Positions 30,085 to 39,193 of a DNA stretch of 64,000 nucleotides are shown here, piece after piece (position 1 is the stretch's first letter; each line of letters starts with the position of its first letter). The DNA is taken from positions 85,070 through 149,069 of the forward strand of contig NZ_CAXXYB010000001.1 in assembly GCF_963676625.2 (NCBI RefSeq), read 5' to 3'. Source of the stretch: an uncultured Sphaerochaeta sp. (lineage in GTDB: Bacteria; Spirochaetota; Spirochaetia; Sphaerochaetales; Sphaerochaetaceae). A program made the position numbers and the translations under genes. The notes beneath the pieces are model-generated. The model ran no database searches. It saw only the letters and a program-made list of their open reading frames with translations, and was not told the DNA's origin.

Positions 30085-31587
30085 TTATAAATATTTGGCA
30101 GCCAAGCGAAGGATCTCTTCCTGGTTGGTATGTTTTGCATCGACAACTCCTGCAACCTTGCCGTTACTCATAACAAGAATTCTGTCGGCTATTCCCAGAA
30201 GTTCAGGCATTTCAGAAGAAATCATGATGACACCTTTCCCCTCGTTGGCAAGATTGAGTATCAATTGATAAATTTCATACTTTGCGCCAACATCGATACC
30301 CCTTGTAGGCTCATCCAATAAAAACACCTCTGGTTGGGTTAGAAGCCACCGCCCAAAAATAATTTTCTGTTGGTTTCCACCAGATAAAGTCCTCATTTTT
30401 GTCTGTTCAGAAGGAGTTTTGACATTGAGATTTTCGACAACCCACCCAGAATCCTTATTCATTTTTGCAGAGCTTAGGATTCCTTTAGTGCAATACTTGT
30501 CAAGATTCGAAATAACAATATTATTCCTTACACTCATACCGGAAAAAATGCCGTCATATTTTCTTTCTTCCGTAACCAAGGCAAATTTATTTTTTATTGA
30601 ATTCCTGCAATTATTGTTTTTGCATGGTTTTCCATTCAGAAATACGTTTCCTTTCGATTTGGTTCTGTACCCAAAAATACCTTCTATCACTTCTGATCTC
30701 ATTGAACCGTCAAGTCCTGCTATACCAAGCACTTCTCCGGCATGGAGGTCAAATGATACATCCTTGACAAGAGGGGAATACACCAGTTCCAGATTTTTTA
30801 CAGAAAACAGAACATCTTTCACTATATTGGTTTTCTCAGGGAATCGATGGGTTAATTCACGTCCAACCATCAGGGCAATGACCTTATCGATTGTTATATT
30901 CTTGATATTTTCCGTCGCTATCCATTTGCCATCTCTCATAATCGTGACTTCATCAGCGATGGAAAATATTTCCTCAAGCTTATGGGAAATATAGATTATC
31001 CCACAATCCAGGTTTTTCAGTTTTCTTATGACCTTGAACAGATGCTCGACCTCTTTTTCAGAAAGGGATGAGGTAGGTTCATCCATCACTATTACCTTTG
31101 CATTTTGAGAAGCTGCTTTTGCAATCTCAATCATCTGCCGCTCAGAAACAGACAACTTCTCGACTTTTTCCAAAGGATTTATCTCAATTTCCAAATTCTG
31201 GAAAATTTTTTGGGTGTCCTTCAGCATTTTTTCTTCATCAATCACCAAGCCCATCTTCATTGGAAATCTGCCCAACCAAATATTATCCATAACCCTTAGA
31301 CGTCCTACTTGGTTGAGTTCCTGATGAACCATTGATATTCCATTGTCCAATGCTTGTTTTGGACTCTCAAAACTAACGGGTTTTCCCTCAAGAAGAATTT
31401 CACCTTCATCAATATGATAAATTCCAAATATACATTTCATGAGGGTCGACTTACCGGCACCATTCTCACCGACAAGTGCATGAACAGAACCCTTCATCAC
31501 ACTCAGTCGAGCTTTATCCAGTGCCTGGACTCCCGGGAATGCCTTGGAAATATTTTCAGCAACCAAAAGAGTCTTTTTATCATCCAT
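30085..31587 (-). CDS. mglA: Sugar ABC transporter ATPase with two nucleotide-binding domains
   Basis: [39 protein letters not shown]. Confidence 0.92.
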   Translation of the reverse strand: MDDKKTLLVAENISKAFPGVQALDKARLSVMKGSVHALVGENGAGKSTLMKCIFGIYHIDEGEILLEGKPVSFESPKQALDNGISMVHQELNQVGRLRVMDNIWLGRFPMKMGLVIDEEKMLKDTQKIFQNLEIEINPLEKVEKLSVSERQMIEIAKAASQNAKVIVMDEPTSSLSEKEVEHLFKVIRKLKNLDCGIIYISHKLEEIFSIADEVTIMRDGKWIATENIKNITIDKVIALMVGRELTHRFPEKTNIVKDVLFSVKNLELVYSPLVKDVSFDLHAGEVLGIAGLDGSMRSEVIEGIFGYRTKSKGNVFLNGKPCKNNNCRNSIKNKFALVTEERKYDGIFSGMSVRNNIVISNLDKYCTKGILSSAKMNKDSGWVVENLNVKTPSEQTKMRTLSGGNQQKIIFGRWLLTQPEVFLLDEPTRGIDVGAKYEIYQLILNLANEGKGVIMISSEMPELLGIADRILVMSNGKVAGVVDAKHTNQEEILRLAAKYL

Positions 31588-31971
31588 ACTTTATTTCTCC
31601 ATATATAATTAAGTAGGAAACATTTCCTTAACTACCAATTATTTCATAACGTGTACATCAGTAAGTCATAAGCAAGAATTGTGCAAAAATCATTTTTCAT
31701 CTTTTTCCAGGCCTGTGATCTATCCTTCACCTGATTTTTGCTATCGGGAAGCTAATTTCAAATCAAGGAGAAAGTAAGTTCCTTGGTTTTTCTCTTATAG
31801 GGCAAATTATCAAAGCAATAATTTTTCCATTGGGCCATCCGGAAGAAAATCAACGGGCAATAGGGAGAATCTGCTTTAGAAAGTATTCCTTGTATCTTGC
31901 TTTGTCTCTTTTTCTTATTCTTTCCACTGGTAATGACAGGGATCCTCCAATTATTTTTATTCGGGTCAAAC

Positions 31972-32017
31972 AAAAAGTATGCGAAGAACTATTGATTTTT
32001 CCTCGCATACTATTTTT
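31972..32017 (-). terminator. Hairpin after mglB
   Basis: AAAAAGTATGCGA...TCGCATACTATTTTT. Confidence 0.6.
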
Positions 32018-32028
32018 AAACCAGCGTA

Positions 32029-33069
32029 TTATTTATATGCATCAATAGCATTTTGCAGATTGCCTTTCATTGTTATTTCGCAATTTACACGAACATCCTT
32101 TCGGTCCCCCAAAACCAGATCGGTTCCTGCACAAGGATCGTTACCCAAGGCTACATTGCGAGCCATTTCAAAGGCTGCGTCGCCAAGAGCTTTTGGATTA
32201 TTGAGGACAGTTCCTAGCATTTGGCCTTTTTCAATCAAGGTAATAGCTTCAGGAAGTCCATCAACCCCAACAACAGGCATGTATTTCCCATCAGTAAAAT
32301 ATCCGGCGGCCTTCAAAGCTTCAACAGCTCCCAAAGCCATTGCATCATTGTTGCAAATAACAAATTCAATTGAATCACCATGTTTTGCAAGCCAAGTTTC
32401 CATCAGGTCCTTACCCTTGGCAGCATCCCACATACCGGTCTGCAATTCCAGTTCATCTGCTCCAATTCCAGCTTCTTTGATAATTCTGATTGGTTCGGTA
32501 GTTCGCACTTCGGCATCTGGATGTCCCGGCTCACCTTTCAACAATACATATTGGATGGCTCCATCGCCATTTTTATCCCATTGGGGATTTTTTTTCCAGG
32601 CATCCACGATCATCTGGCCCTGTTGGATACCAAATTCTGCAGAGGTAATACCGGCATACCAGCATTTGTCATAGCCCATGATGACGCTTTTATCAGGTTC
32701 TTTATTGAAGAAAATGATAGGAATACCAGCCTTCCGTGCTTTTGCCACAATAGTTCCACCGGCTGCAGGATCAACAAGATTGACAGCCAGGGCTTGGACA
32801 CCCTTATTAATATAGGTATCAATCTGGTCATTTTGCTTCGATTGATCGTTCATTGAATCCGCAATAAGTAGAGTAGCCTTACCCGGTGCGTCATTTTCAA
32901 TGGCCTTTCTTACAAATGACATATAGTTATCATCATATTTGTAAATTGTTGCACCAATAACAGGCAGGGAATCCTTACCTTTGGCACTTTCACTTTGGCC
33001 ATTTGCAAACCCACTCATTGAGCAGACTGCCAATAAAGCCAGACAAATCGTCAAAACTTTTGTTCTCAT
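32029..33069 (-). CDS. mglB: Galactose/glucose-binding protein
   Basis: IGATIYKYDDNYMS, DQSKQNDQID, LKGEPGHPDAE, NNDAMALGA. Start MRTKV follows AGGAG. Confidence 0.92.
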   Translation of the reverse strand: MRTKVLTICLALLAVCSMSGFANGQSESAKGKDSLPVIGATIYKYDDNYMSFVRKAIENDAPGKATLLIADSMNDQSKQNDQIDTYINKGVQALAVNLVDPAAGGTIVAKARKAGIPIIFFNKEPDKSVIMGYDKCWYAGITSAEFGIQQGQMIVDAWKKNPQWDKNGDGAIQYVLLKGEPGHPDAEVRTTEPIRIIKEAGIGADELELQTGMWDAAKGKDLMETWLAKHGDSIEFVICNNDAMALGAVEALKAAGYFTDGKYMPVVGVDGLPEAITLIEKGQMLGTVLNNPKALGDAAFEMARNVALGNDPCAGTDLVLGDRKDVRVNCEITMKGNLQNAIDAYK

Positions 33070-33266
33070 TACTTTTCTCCTTTTTTGTGAAAAACAGATA
33101 AAAAGTGTTATACTTTGTTTAACTAATAAATTAAGTACATACATTTTTCTACCTGTTATTTCCTTTTCTGACTGTAAGAATATCATAGTTGCAAGAATAT
33201 GCAAGAAAAAAACCATAATTATTGGCAATTATTTAAATGTGTCTAAATTTGTTTGTTTTTATTTAT

Positions 33267-34484
33267 TTAATCATTAAATAATGATTTCTCAAATAGATCG
33301 CTAATGACAAGTGCCGCAGCCCCAATTTCTCCTGCAGCCCCATCAAACGAAGATTTGACAATCAAGACATCTTCATTACATTCTGTCATTGATTGGGATA
33401 TGACAGTTTTTCTTATTTCATCCTTGAAAAGATCCCAGGCAAGAGAAATCTTGCCACCAATAATTATCATCTCGGGATTGAACATATTTACGATATCGGC
33501 CAGTGCATTCCCGACATAATCACCCATTTTTTGGAGGATTCGTAGCGCTAAAGCATCGTTGGCCAGCGCAGCTCGATAAATTACTTCAAAATTTACATTG
33601 CTTAGATCATCATTTTCAATGTATTCAGTAATGAGAGTTGGATAACCAAGTTTTATTTCGTCCAAGGCACATCTGACCAGCCCCACCTCGGAAGCAACAG
33701 TCTCCAGACAACCATAATTCCCGCAAACACATTTATAGCCTTGTTCCTGAACTCTGATATGCCCAATTTCGCCAGCTGCCGAACTCACTCCCCTGAGGAC
33801 CTTGCCATTGATCAGGATACCTCCGCCTACTCCAGAATCCAGACTCAGAAAAATGAAATTCTCCAGTTGTCTGTATTTTCCCAAGTATTTTTCAGCCAGG
33901 ACCATTACCCTGACATCATTGTCCACAAGAATGGGATAGGAATATTTTTCCTCAAGAAGTTTTTTTATATGGATATTCTTCCATTGAAAAGCAGGTGCAA
34001 ATACTGATATTCCATTTTGATAATCAACAACACCATGTACACCTACCCCAATTCCAATTATCTTCAGTTTTTTTTGTTCGGCAATTTCCAGAAGAGCATC
34101 TATGGAACTAACCAACGTACCTAATATTTTTTCAGTAGTACTGGGAACAGGATACAAATTCTCCTGCCTTGCAATCACATCTCCGGCAAGACTCACAATG
34201 GCGCTTGTAACCATTCTCTTTTTTACCGTAACTCCCAAACAATAGAGGGAACCATTGTCAATTTCTATTGATACGGCCCTTCGTCCTCCAGTAGAACTTG
34301 CAAAATTTCCCATTTTTGCGATCTTTCGATCTATAAGAATCTGTACAAGTGTAGAAACTGTCGCTGGTGTAATATTGGTTTTCTTGGCAATATCCGCTCT
34401 GGAAACAATTCTTTCCTCTACTATGACTTTCAGGATTTTTTGTAGATTCATTTCCTGCAAATTTACTTTATTTGAAGTTACCAT
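33267..34484 (-). CDS. ROK-family transcriptional repressor
   Basis: SRADIA..T.ITPATVS helix-turn-helix, GGRR, DNDV, AGEIGH, CVCGNYGCLE. The start position is uncertain. Confidence 0.92.
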   Translation of the reverse strand: MVTSNKVNLQEMNLQKILKVIVEERIVSRADIAKKTNITPATVSTLVQILIDRKIAKMGNFASSTGGRRAVSIEIDNGSLYCLGVTVKKRMVTSAIVSLAGDVIARQENLYPVPSTTEKILGTLVSSIDALLEIAEQKKLKIIGIGVGVHGVVDYQNGISVFAPAFQWKNIHIKKLLEEKYSYPILVDNDVRVMVLAEKYLGKYRQLENFIFLSLDSGVGGGILINGKVLRGVSSAAGEIGHIRVQEQGYKCVCGNYGCLETVASEVGLVRCALDEIKLGYPTLITEYIENDDLSNVNFEVIYRAALANDALALRILQKMGDYVGNALADIVNMFNPEMIIIGGKISLAWDLFKDEIRKTVISQSMTECNEDVLIVKSSFDGAAGEIGAAALVISDLFEKSLFND

Positions 34485-34689
34485 GCCCAAAATACTATCC
34501 CAGTTATCGATTATTAACAAGATAAGTATTTTTCAGTTGCATCGCTTTCTGGAGAAAGTCCCTAACAGGCAAAGGAATTAATATTATTTTCAATACGGTT
34601 ATCATTCCGATAATCAATTTATTACAGAAGGAACCCTGCAAAACTTTTAGGTAATTTTGACTATTCAGGTCCTTGGAACAGGAAACCTG

Positions 34690-37659
34690 TCAAATGCAGG
34701 CAACAGGGAGTTGAGGAACCTGGAGAAAATCTTCTTCCAAATATTTATAGAGTGCATCGTCAACGCTCTCTTTCATCGCGAAACGCATTGCAACCACAGA
34801 AAGGGTCTTCCCCTTTTTATTGTGCTTGGTTGTCTCCCAATTGGAAAGAAAATCCATCTCGCCCATATAGTAAAAAGACGAACCTTCATCATCACTCTTT
34901 TTTATGAACAAGAGTTTTTTGAATCTTTCCTCAGGATCATCGTTTCGTATTGCCTTGGGTTCCTTGGAGCCAAGTTTGACTTGGTTACGAGTCTCCCAGG
35001 CAAACTCAGAGGGTGAAATAAATCCATCCTCGTAATTGATGCTAGGGTCAATGGACTCAGTATCTTTGTCATAGGTAACGAAAATAGGACAGGTCATGGT
35101 AGGATAATGCAATTTATACCCATAGATTGTAGAGGATTCGTCCTTTGCCCAGCCCAACAAGCGACAAACATCCTGGCGAGTATACTTGCTGTAGCGTACC
35201 AGATCCTGTTCATCCCTGTTGTCCAAATAGGCATGCCGATATTCAAAGTCCCCAAGTCGAAGGATATCTTCCATTTCCTGTCGATATGATTCATTGGACA
35301 ACAAGGAAAGAAAGGTCTCGGATGGAACGACCGTATTTCCAGAGAGCGAACAATAGGATACTTGTCCAAATCTGTTTCGTGCCGATTTTTGGAAGAATCC
35401 ATTCCCCAATACAGAAAGAGCCGAGAGTAGCTTTCTTCTTTCTGGCCTGAATCCATAATTCATCTCGACTTGGTCAATGATTTTCTCAAGAGAAACTGCT
35501 TGGCAACTCTCGAGAAAAAGAGAAATGATTACAGCCTCGTAAGGACGCAGCCCCGGGCAAATCACCTTCGAAAAGAAGGAAAGGCTTTGAAGGTGCAAGG
35601 CTGATAGCTTGGGTAACCAACCAGGTTCGACTTTCATCTTGAAAATTGCATAGTTCTTGCAATTCTCGAGAAACAACAAAGGGGAGATGGAATTGAGCTG
35701 AATAAAATCCAACAGAGCGGGAACCTTTCCCAGCTTTGCCCTGACTTTGAAATATTCTTCCTTGAGAAATTTCAAGGAAGAGAAAGATGCCTCATTGATA
35801 GCTTTATATATTCGTTCCTTTGCTATGCGGTCGAAACTGACCGTGGAAACCCCACTCAAGGAAAGACTCCCGCTGCTCATCACTTTTCTCAGGGAATCTT
35901 TTCGGTAGGAGGTATCACCATACAAGGCAATGGGAATCATGAAATTATTTGCATAATTGCCGATAAAATCAATGATGGTAAGGTATTCCTTGCCAGGAAA
36001 CTTTCGCAGGCCACGGCCAATCTGTTGAACGAAAATAATAGCCGACTGAGTAGGTCTGAGTAAGACAACTTGATTCAAGGAAGGAATATCAATGCCTTCA
36101 TTGAAGATATCGACGGCAATGAGATATTCCAGGCTGTCAGGTACTTCTTCAAGTTCCAGACGCTTGAATGCAGCATTTCTGGAAACAAAAGTATCTTTTC
36201 CACTTAGAGCCAGAGTCCTGAATCCCAAGTCATTGAGTTGATCGGATAGTATCAGGGCATCTTCGTTACGACTGCAGAAAATCAAACCACGTCTTCTTTT
36301 CAACCCAATACTATATCGATCGATTATTTGTTGTATTTTTTCTACTCGCCCGGCTATCCGAAGATGAGAGAAATCTGCTAGATCCTCCAAGGTCTTCCCG
36401 TCAATGGCAAGATCAGAAATACCGAAATAATGAAAGGGACAGAGCAAGTCGGCCTCAAGGGCTTGGTTCAACCGAATCTCATAGGCTATGGTATTGTCAA
36501 ACAAGGCATAGATATCAAAGCCATCGGAGCGTTCAGGGGTTGCTGTCATGCCAAGCAGGAACTTGGGTTTGAAATAATTTAGAACCTTTTTGTAGGATTC
36601 TGCGCCAGACCGATGCACTTCATCAACTACGATGTAATCAAACCAGTCCGGAGTAAACGAGTGCAAGACTTCGTCCTTGGATAAGGTCTGGATCATGGAA
36701 AAAATATATTGGCTATCCTGTTCCTTCCCGCTTCCACCAAGAAGGCCATAGGAGACCTCAGGCCCTACAATTTTCTTGAAACTCTTCATTGATTCAGTGG
36801 CAATCTGTTCCCTGTGCACTATGTAGAGAAAGCGCCCAGGTTTATAGGATTTGACGTCAAAGGCACAAAGAAAGGTTTTGCCTGTTCCTGTTGCAGAGAT
36901 AAGCAGGGCCTTGGTTTTTCCTTGCACTCTGAGCGAGGTAAGTGACTTCAGCGCTTCATCTTGCATTGAATTGGGAATAATACCAGCAATAGGTTCTTGT
37001 TCACCAAGAAGGTCAGGTCCTCCATAAAGTGGAACAAAAGGAGTATGCCTATGTATGTTCTTGTAAATTTCTTCATAATGTATGAGCCAGGCCTTGCTTA
37101 TTTCTACAGCTGAGTTCCAGGCATCGTTGAATTCTTCCTGGGTTTTTACCAGTAAATCTCCTTTGCCCAAGGAAACCAACCGGACATTCCATTCCCTATT
37201 GGTAGCCAAAGCCTCATGGGTAAGGTTGGAACTTCCGATGACCAGAGAGGCATAATCTTCATTGCCATGGTAAAAAAGATACCCTTTCGCATGAAAAGGT
37301 TTCCCACAGTAAATCTTGATTTCAATATTGGGAAATTTCTCCCAAAGATCACGTATAGCCTTTGGATCCGTAAAATTCAGATAGTCGGTAGTAAGTATTT
37401 TCCCCTTTACTCCCCTTTTCTGGGCATCACACAATGCCTGAAAGAGCATGGCAACGCCTCCTGAGGTAAGGAAGGCCACAGAAAAGGTAAACTCAGTACA
37501 CTGGTCGAGTTCTTCAATGAGTGTAGTCAATACCTTGCTTCGGGGAGGATCATTGAGCACAAGACGGGGTCGATAGTTTCCATAAGTCTGGATGGAACCA
37601 TCAATGAAACCAGCATGGAGATTTTGAGGAAGTTGTTCCCTGACCTTGTTTACTCCCAT
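34690..37659 (-). CDS. SauUSI-like type IV restriction endonuclease (PLD nuclease + SF2 helicase + DUF3427)
   Basis: FSVAFLT.GG, FHAKGYLF and IGSSNLT..A...N.EWN (PLD). ATGTGKT, DEVH, GMTATPER, DIFNEGIDIP and QQIGRGLR (helicase). C-terminal INYEDGFIS...FAW and FYYMG. Confidence 0.88.
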   Translation of the reverse strand: MGVNKVREQLPQNLHAGFIDGSIQTYGNYRPRLVLNDPPRSKVLTTLIEELDQCTEFTFSVAFLTSGGVAMLFQALCDAQKRGVKGKILTTDYLNFTDPKAIRDLWEKFPNIEIKIYCGKPFHAKGYLFYHGNEDYASLVIGSSNLTHEALATNREWNVRLVSLGKGDLLVKTQEEFNDAWNSAVEISKAWLIHYEEIYKNIHRHTPFVPLYGGPDLLGEQEPIAGIIPNSMQDEALKSLTSLRVQGKTKALLISATGTGKTFLCAFDVKSYKPGRFLYIVHREQIATESMKSFKKIVGPEVSYGLLGGSGKEQDSQYIFSMIQTLSKDEVLHSFTPDWFDYIVVDEVHRSGAESYKKVLNYFKPKFLLGMTATPERSDGFDIYALFDNTIAYEIRLNQALEADLLCPFHYFGISDLAIDGKTLEDLADFSHLRIAGRVEKIQQIIDRYSIGLKRRRGLIFCSRNEDALILSDQLNDLGFRTLALSGKDTFVSRNAAFKRLELEEVPDSLEYLIAVDIFNEGIDIPSLNQVVLLRPTQSAIIFVQQIGRGLRKFPGKEYLTIIDFIGNYANNFMIPIALYGDTSYRKDSLRKVMSSGSLSLSGVSTVSFDRIAKERIYKAINEASFSSLKFLKEEYFKVRAKLGKVPALLDFIQLNSISPLLFLENCKNYAIFKMKVEPGWLPKLSALHLQSLSFFSKVICPGLRPYEAVIISLFLESCQAVSLEKIIDQVEMNYGFRPERRKLLSALSVLGNGFFQKSARNRFGQVSYCSLSGNTVVPSETFLSLLSNESYRQEMEDILRLGDFEYRHAYLDNRDEQDLVRYSKYTRQDVCRLLGWAKDESSTIYGYKLHYPTMTCPIFVTYDKDTESIDPSINYEDGFISPSEFAWETRNQVKLGSKEPKAIRNDDPEERFKKLLFIKKSDDEGSSFYYMGEMDFLSNWETTKHNKKGKTLSVVAMRFAMKESVDDALYKYLEEDFLQVPQLPVACI

Positions 37660-37661
37660 AT

Positions 37662-38054
37662 CTACACCAGTAGCTCTTCGACTAATTTGACCAAAGGAAT
37701 ATCTGCATCGGCCCAGGAAACACTATACAACTCTGATTTTGAAAGCCATCTTGAAGACAGATGCTCAGAGAGCGACAACTCACCTGATACTACCTCGCAA
37801 AGGTATCCATTCATGGTCAATGAAAAGGTTTTATACTGGTAATCAACAGTCGCAAGATATTTTTCCACTCGGATATCAGTAGCAAGTTCTTCCTTGATCT
37901 CCCGAACGATGGCATCCTCTCCGGACTCTCCTTGTTCTAGCTTTCCTCCAGGGAACTCCCATCTTTTGGCCATTTCGCCGAAATCCTTGCGTTGGGCAGA
38001 GAAAACCCTTCCGTCCTTGATCAATATGGCGGCAGCAACATTGATATGCTTCAT
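37662..38054 (-). CDS. MutT-like Nudix hydrolase
   Basis: WEFPGGKLEQGESGEDAIVREIKEEL Nudix box, WADADIP. Confidence 0.93.
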   Translation of the reverse strand: MKHINVAAAILIKDGRVFSAQRKDFGEMAKRWEFPGGKLEQGESGEDAIVREIKEELATDIRVEKYLATVDYQYKTFSLTMNGYLCEVVSGELSLSEHLSSRWLSKSELYSVSWADADIPLVKLVEELLV

Positions 38055-38501
38055 TGCAATAAAACCCCTTGCAGATCATCCTAGCAGCTGGTCGGCATTT
38101 ATTCCAGGTTAAAAGAAAAAACCGGGAACTTTTTCTCTTGGTCATCCATTCGATTTTATAAAGTCTTCCATAGAAGATTGCCTGAAAGAGAATCTATAGT
38201 AGCGTTGTAATGTTTTCTTTGTATAACTTTCAAGTATCTCCATTGAATGGTTAATGAACACTTAAACCTTTTCCACCGTATATTCATCCTGCTACCTAGT
38301 TTCCTCTATACACATATATCATTCCTTTATAGGCATAATATAAGTATTTTCTATTTTTCATTGCATCACTTGAAGATTGCACATCAGAATAAGAATTGAA
38401 CTGAGAAGGATATCTATAGAAAGGCATTATAAATCACTTAAAATAGGTTTTTTGAATAATAAATGAGTTTTTCCTTACTTTTTTGCCCACTTCCCTCTTC
38501 A

Positions 38502-38515
38502 TTGATACATATCAA
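38502..38515. promoter_or_regulatory. FNR-type box
   Basis: TTGAT-ACAT-ATCAA, a perfect consensus upstream of the feo promoter. Confidence 0.45.
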
Positions 38516-38608
38516 ATAAAAAACAAAAATTTTAAAATGCAATGCTCAAGAAAAATCATGCAGAAAATCAATACTTTATTTTCTGTTCCTAATTTTTAAA
38601 AAACTATC

Positions 38609-38664
38609 TTGACTTTTTTTATATATACAGTAAAATGCGTGTACATGTGTTAGCAATTGCTAAC
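38609..38664 (+). promoter_or_regulatory. feo promoter and DtxR/MntR-like metal operator
   Basis: TTGACT-N16-TAAAAT, then the perfect palindrome GTTAGCAATTGCTAAC (38649-38664). Confidence 0.7.
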
Positions 38665-38716
38665 TTTTAATCTTATCAAGATACTCTTTTTTATCTCCAT
38701 GTATCAGGAGGATACG

Positions 38717-38929
38717 ATGATGCCTTTGACAATGGTTCAGACTGGTGAGACGGTTACTATTCGCAAGATTTTGGGAAAGGATACTGTTCGACTCCATCTT
38801 GCAGAACTCGGTTTTGTGGTTGAGGGAAATGTAACAATAGTCAGTCGCTTCGGGGGAAGCCTCATTATGCAAGTCAAGGATAGTCGCATCGCAATCGATC
38901 AAACAATGGCAAACAGAATTTTTATTTGA
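38717..38929 (+). CDS. feoA: Ferrous iron transport protein A
   Basis: MPL..V..GE, HLAELGFV, KDSRIAI. Confidence 0.88.
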   Translation: MMPLTMVQTGETVTIRKILGKDTVRLHLAELGFVVEGNVTIVSRFGGSLIMQVKDSRIAIDQTMANRIFI

Positions 38930-38942
38930 AGGAGTCACATAT

Positions 38943-39164
38943 ATGAGAAGTCTCAAGGATGCAAAGGTAGGCGATACCGTTGTCGTAGCCAAATTGCATG
39001 GAGAAGGACCGGTAAAGAAACGCATTATGGACATGGGATTGGTCAAAGGCGTCGAAGTATTCATTCGTAAGGTCGCCCCTCTGGGCGATCCAATGGAACT
39101 GTCACTTAGAGGCTATGAATTGAGCATTCGAAAAAAAGATGCTGCGATTGTAGAGATTCTTTAA
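38943..39164 (+). CDS. feoA: Ferrous iron transport protein A
   Basis: RIMDMGL, KVAPLGDPME..LRGYELSIRK. Confidence 0.95.
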   Translation: MRSLKDAKVGDTVVVAKLHGEGPVKKRIMDMGLVKGVEVFIRKVAPLGDPMELSLRGYELSIRKKDAAIVEIL

Positions 39165-39193
39165 AACAAAATACACACCAAGGAGAAACCATA

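Noticed and set aside
31758-31973. 71-aa ORF in the mglB-mglA gap
   Set aside because: No recognisable motif or clear RBS, and its composition is typical of AT-rich non-coding DNA.
33105-33140. Possible ROK operator upstream of mglB (TTTGTT..AATAAA)
   Set aside because: Too imperfect to distinguish from the AT-rich background.
38140-38243. 33-codon minus-strand ORF upstream of the Nudix gene
   Set aside because: Short, with no RBS or motif support.
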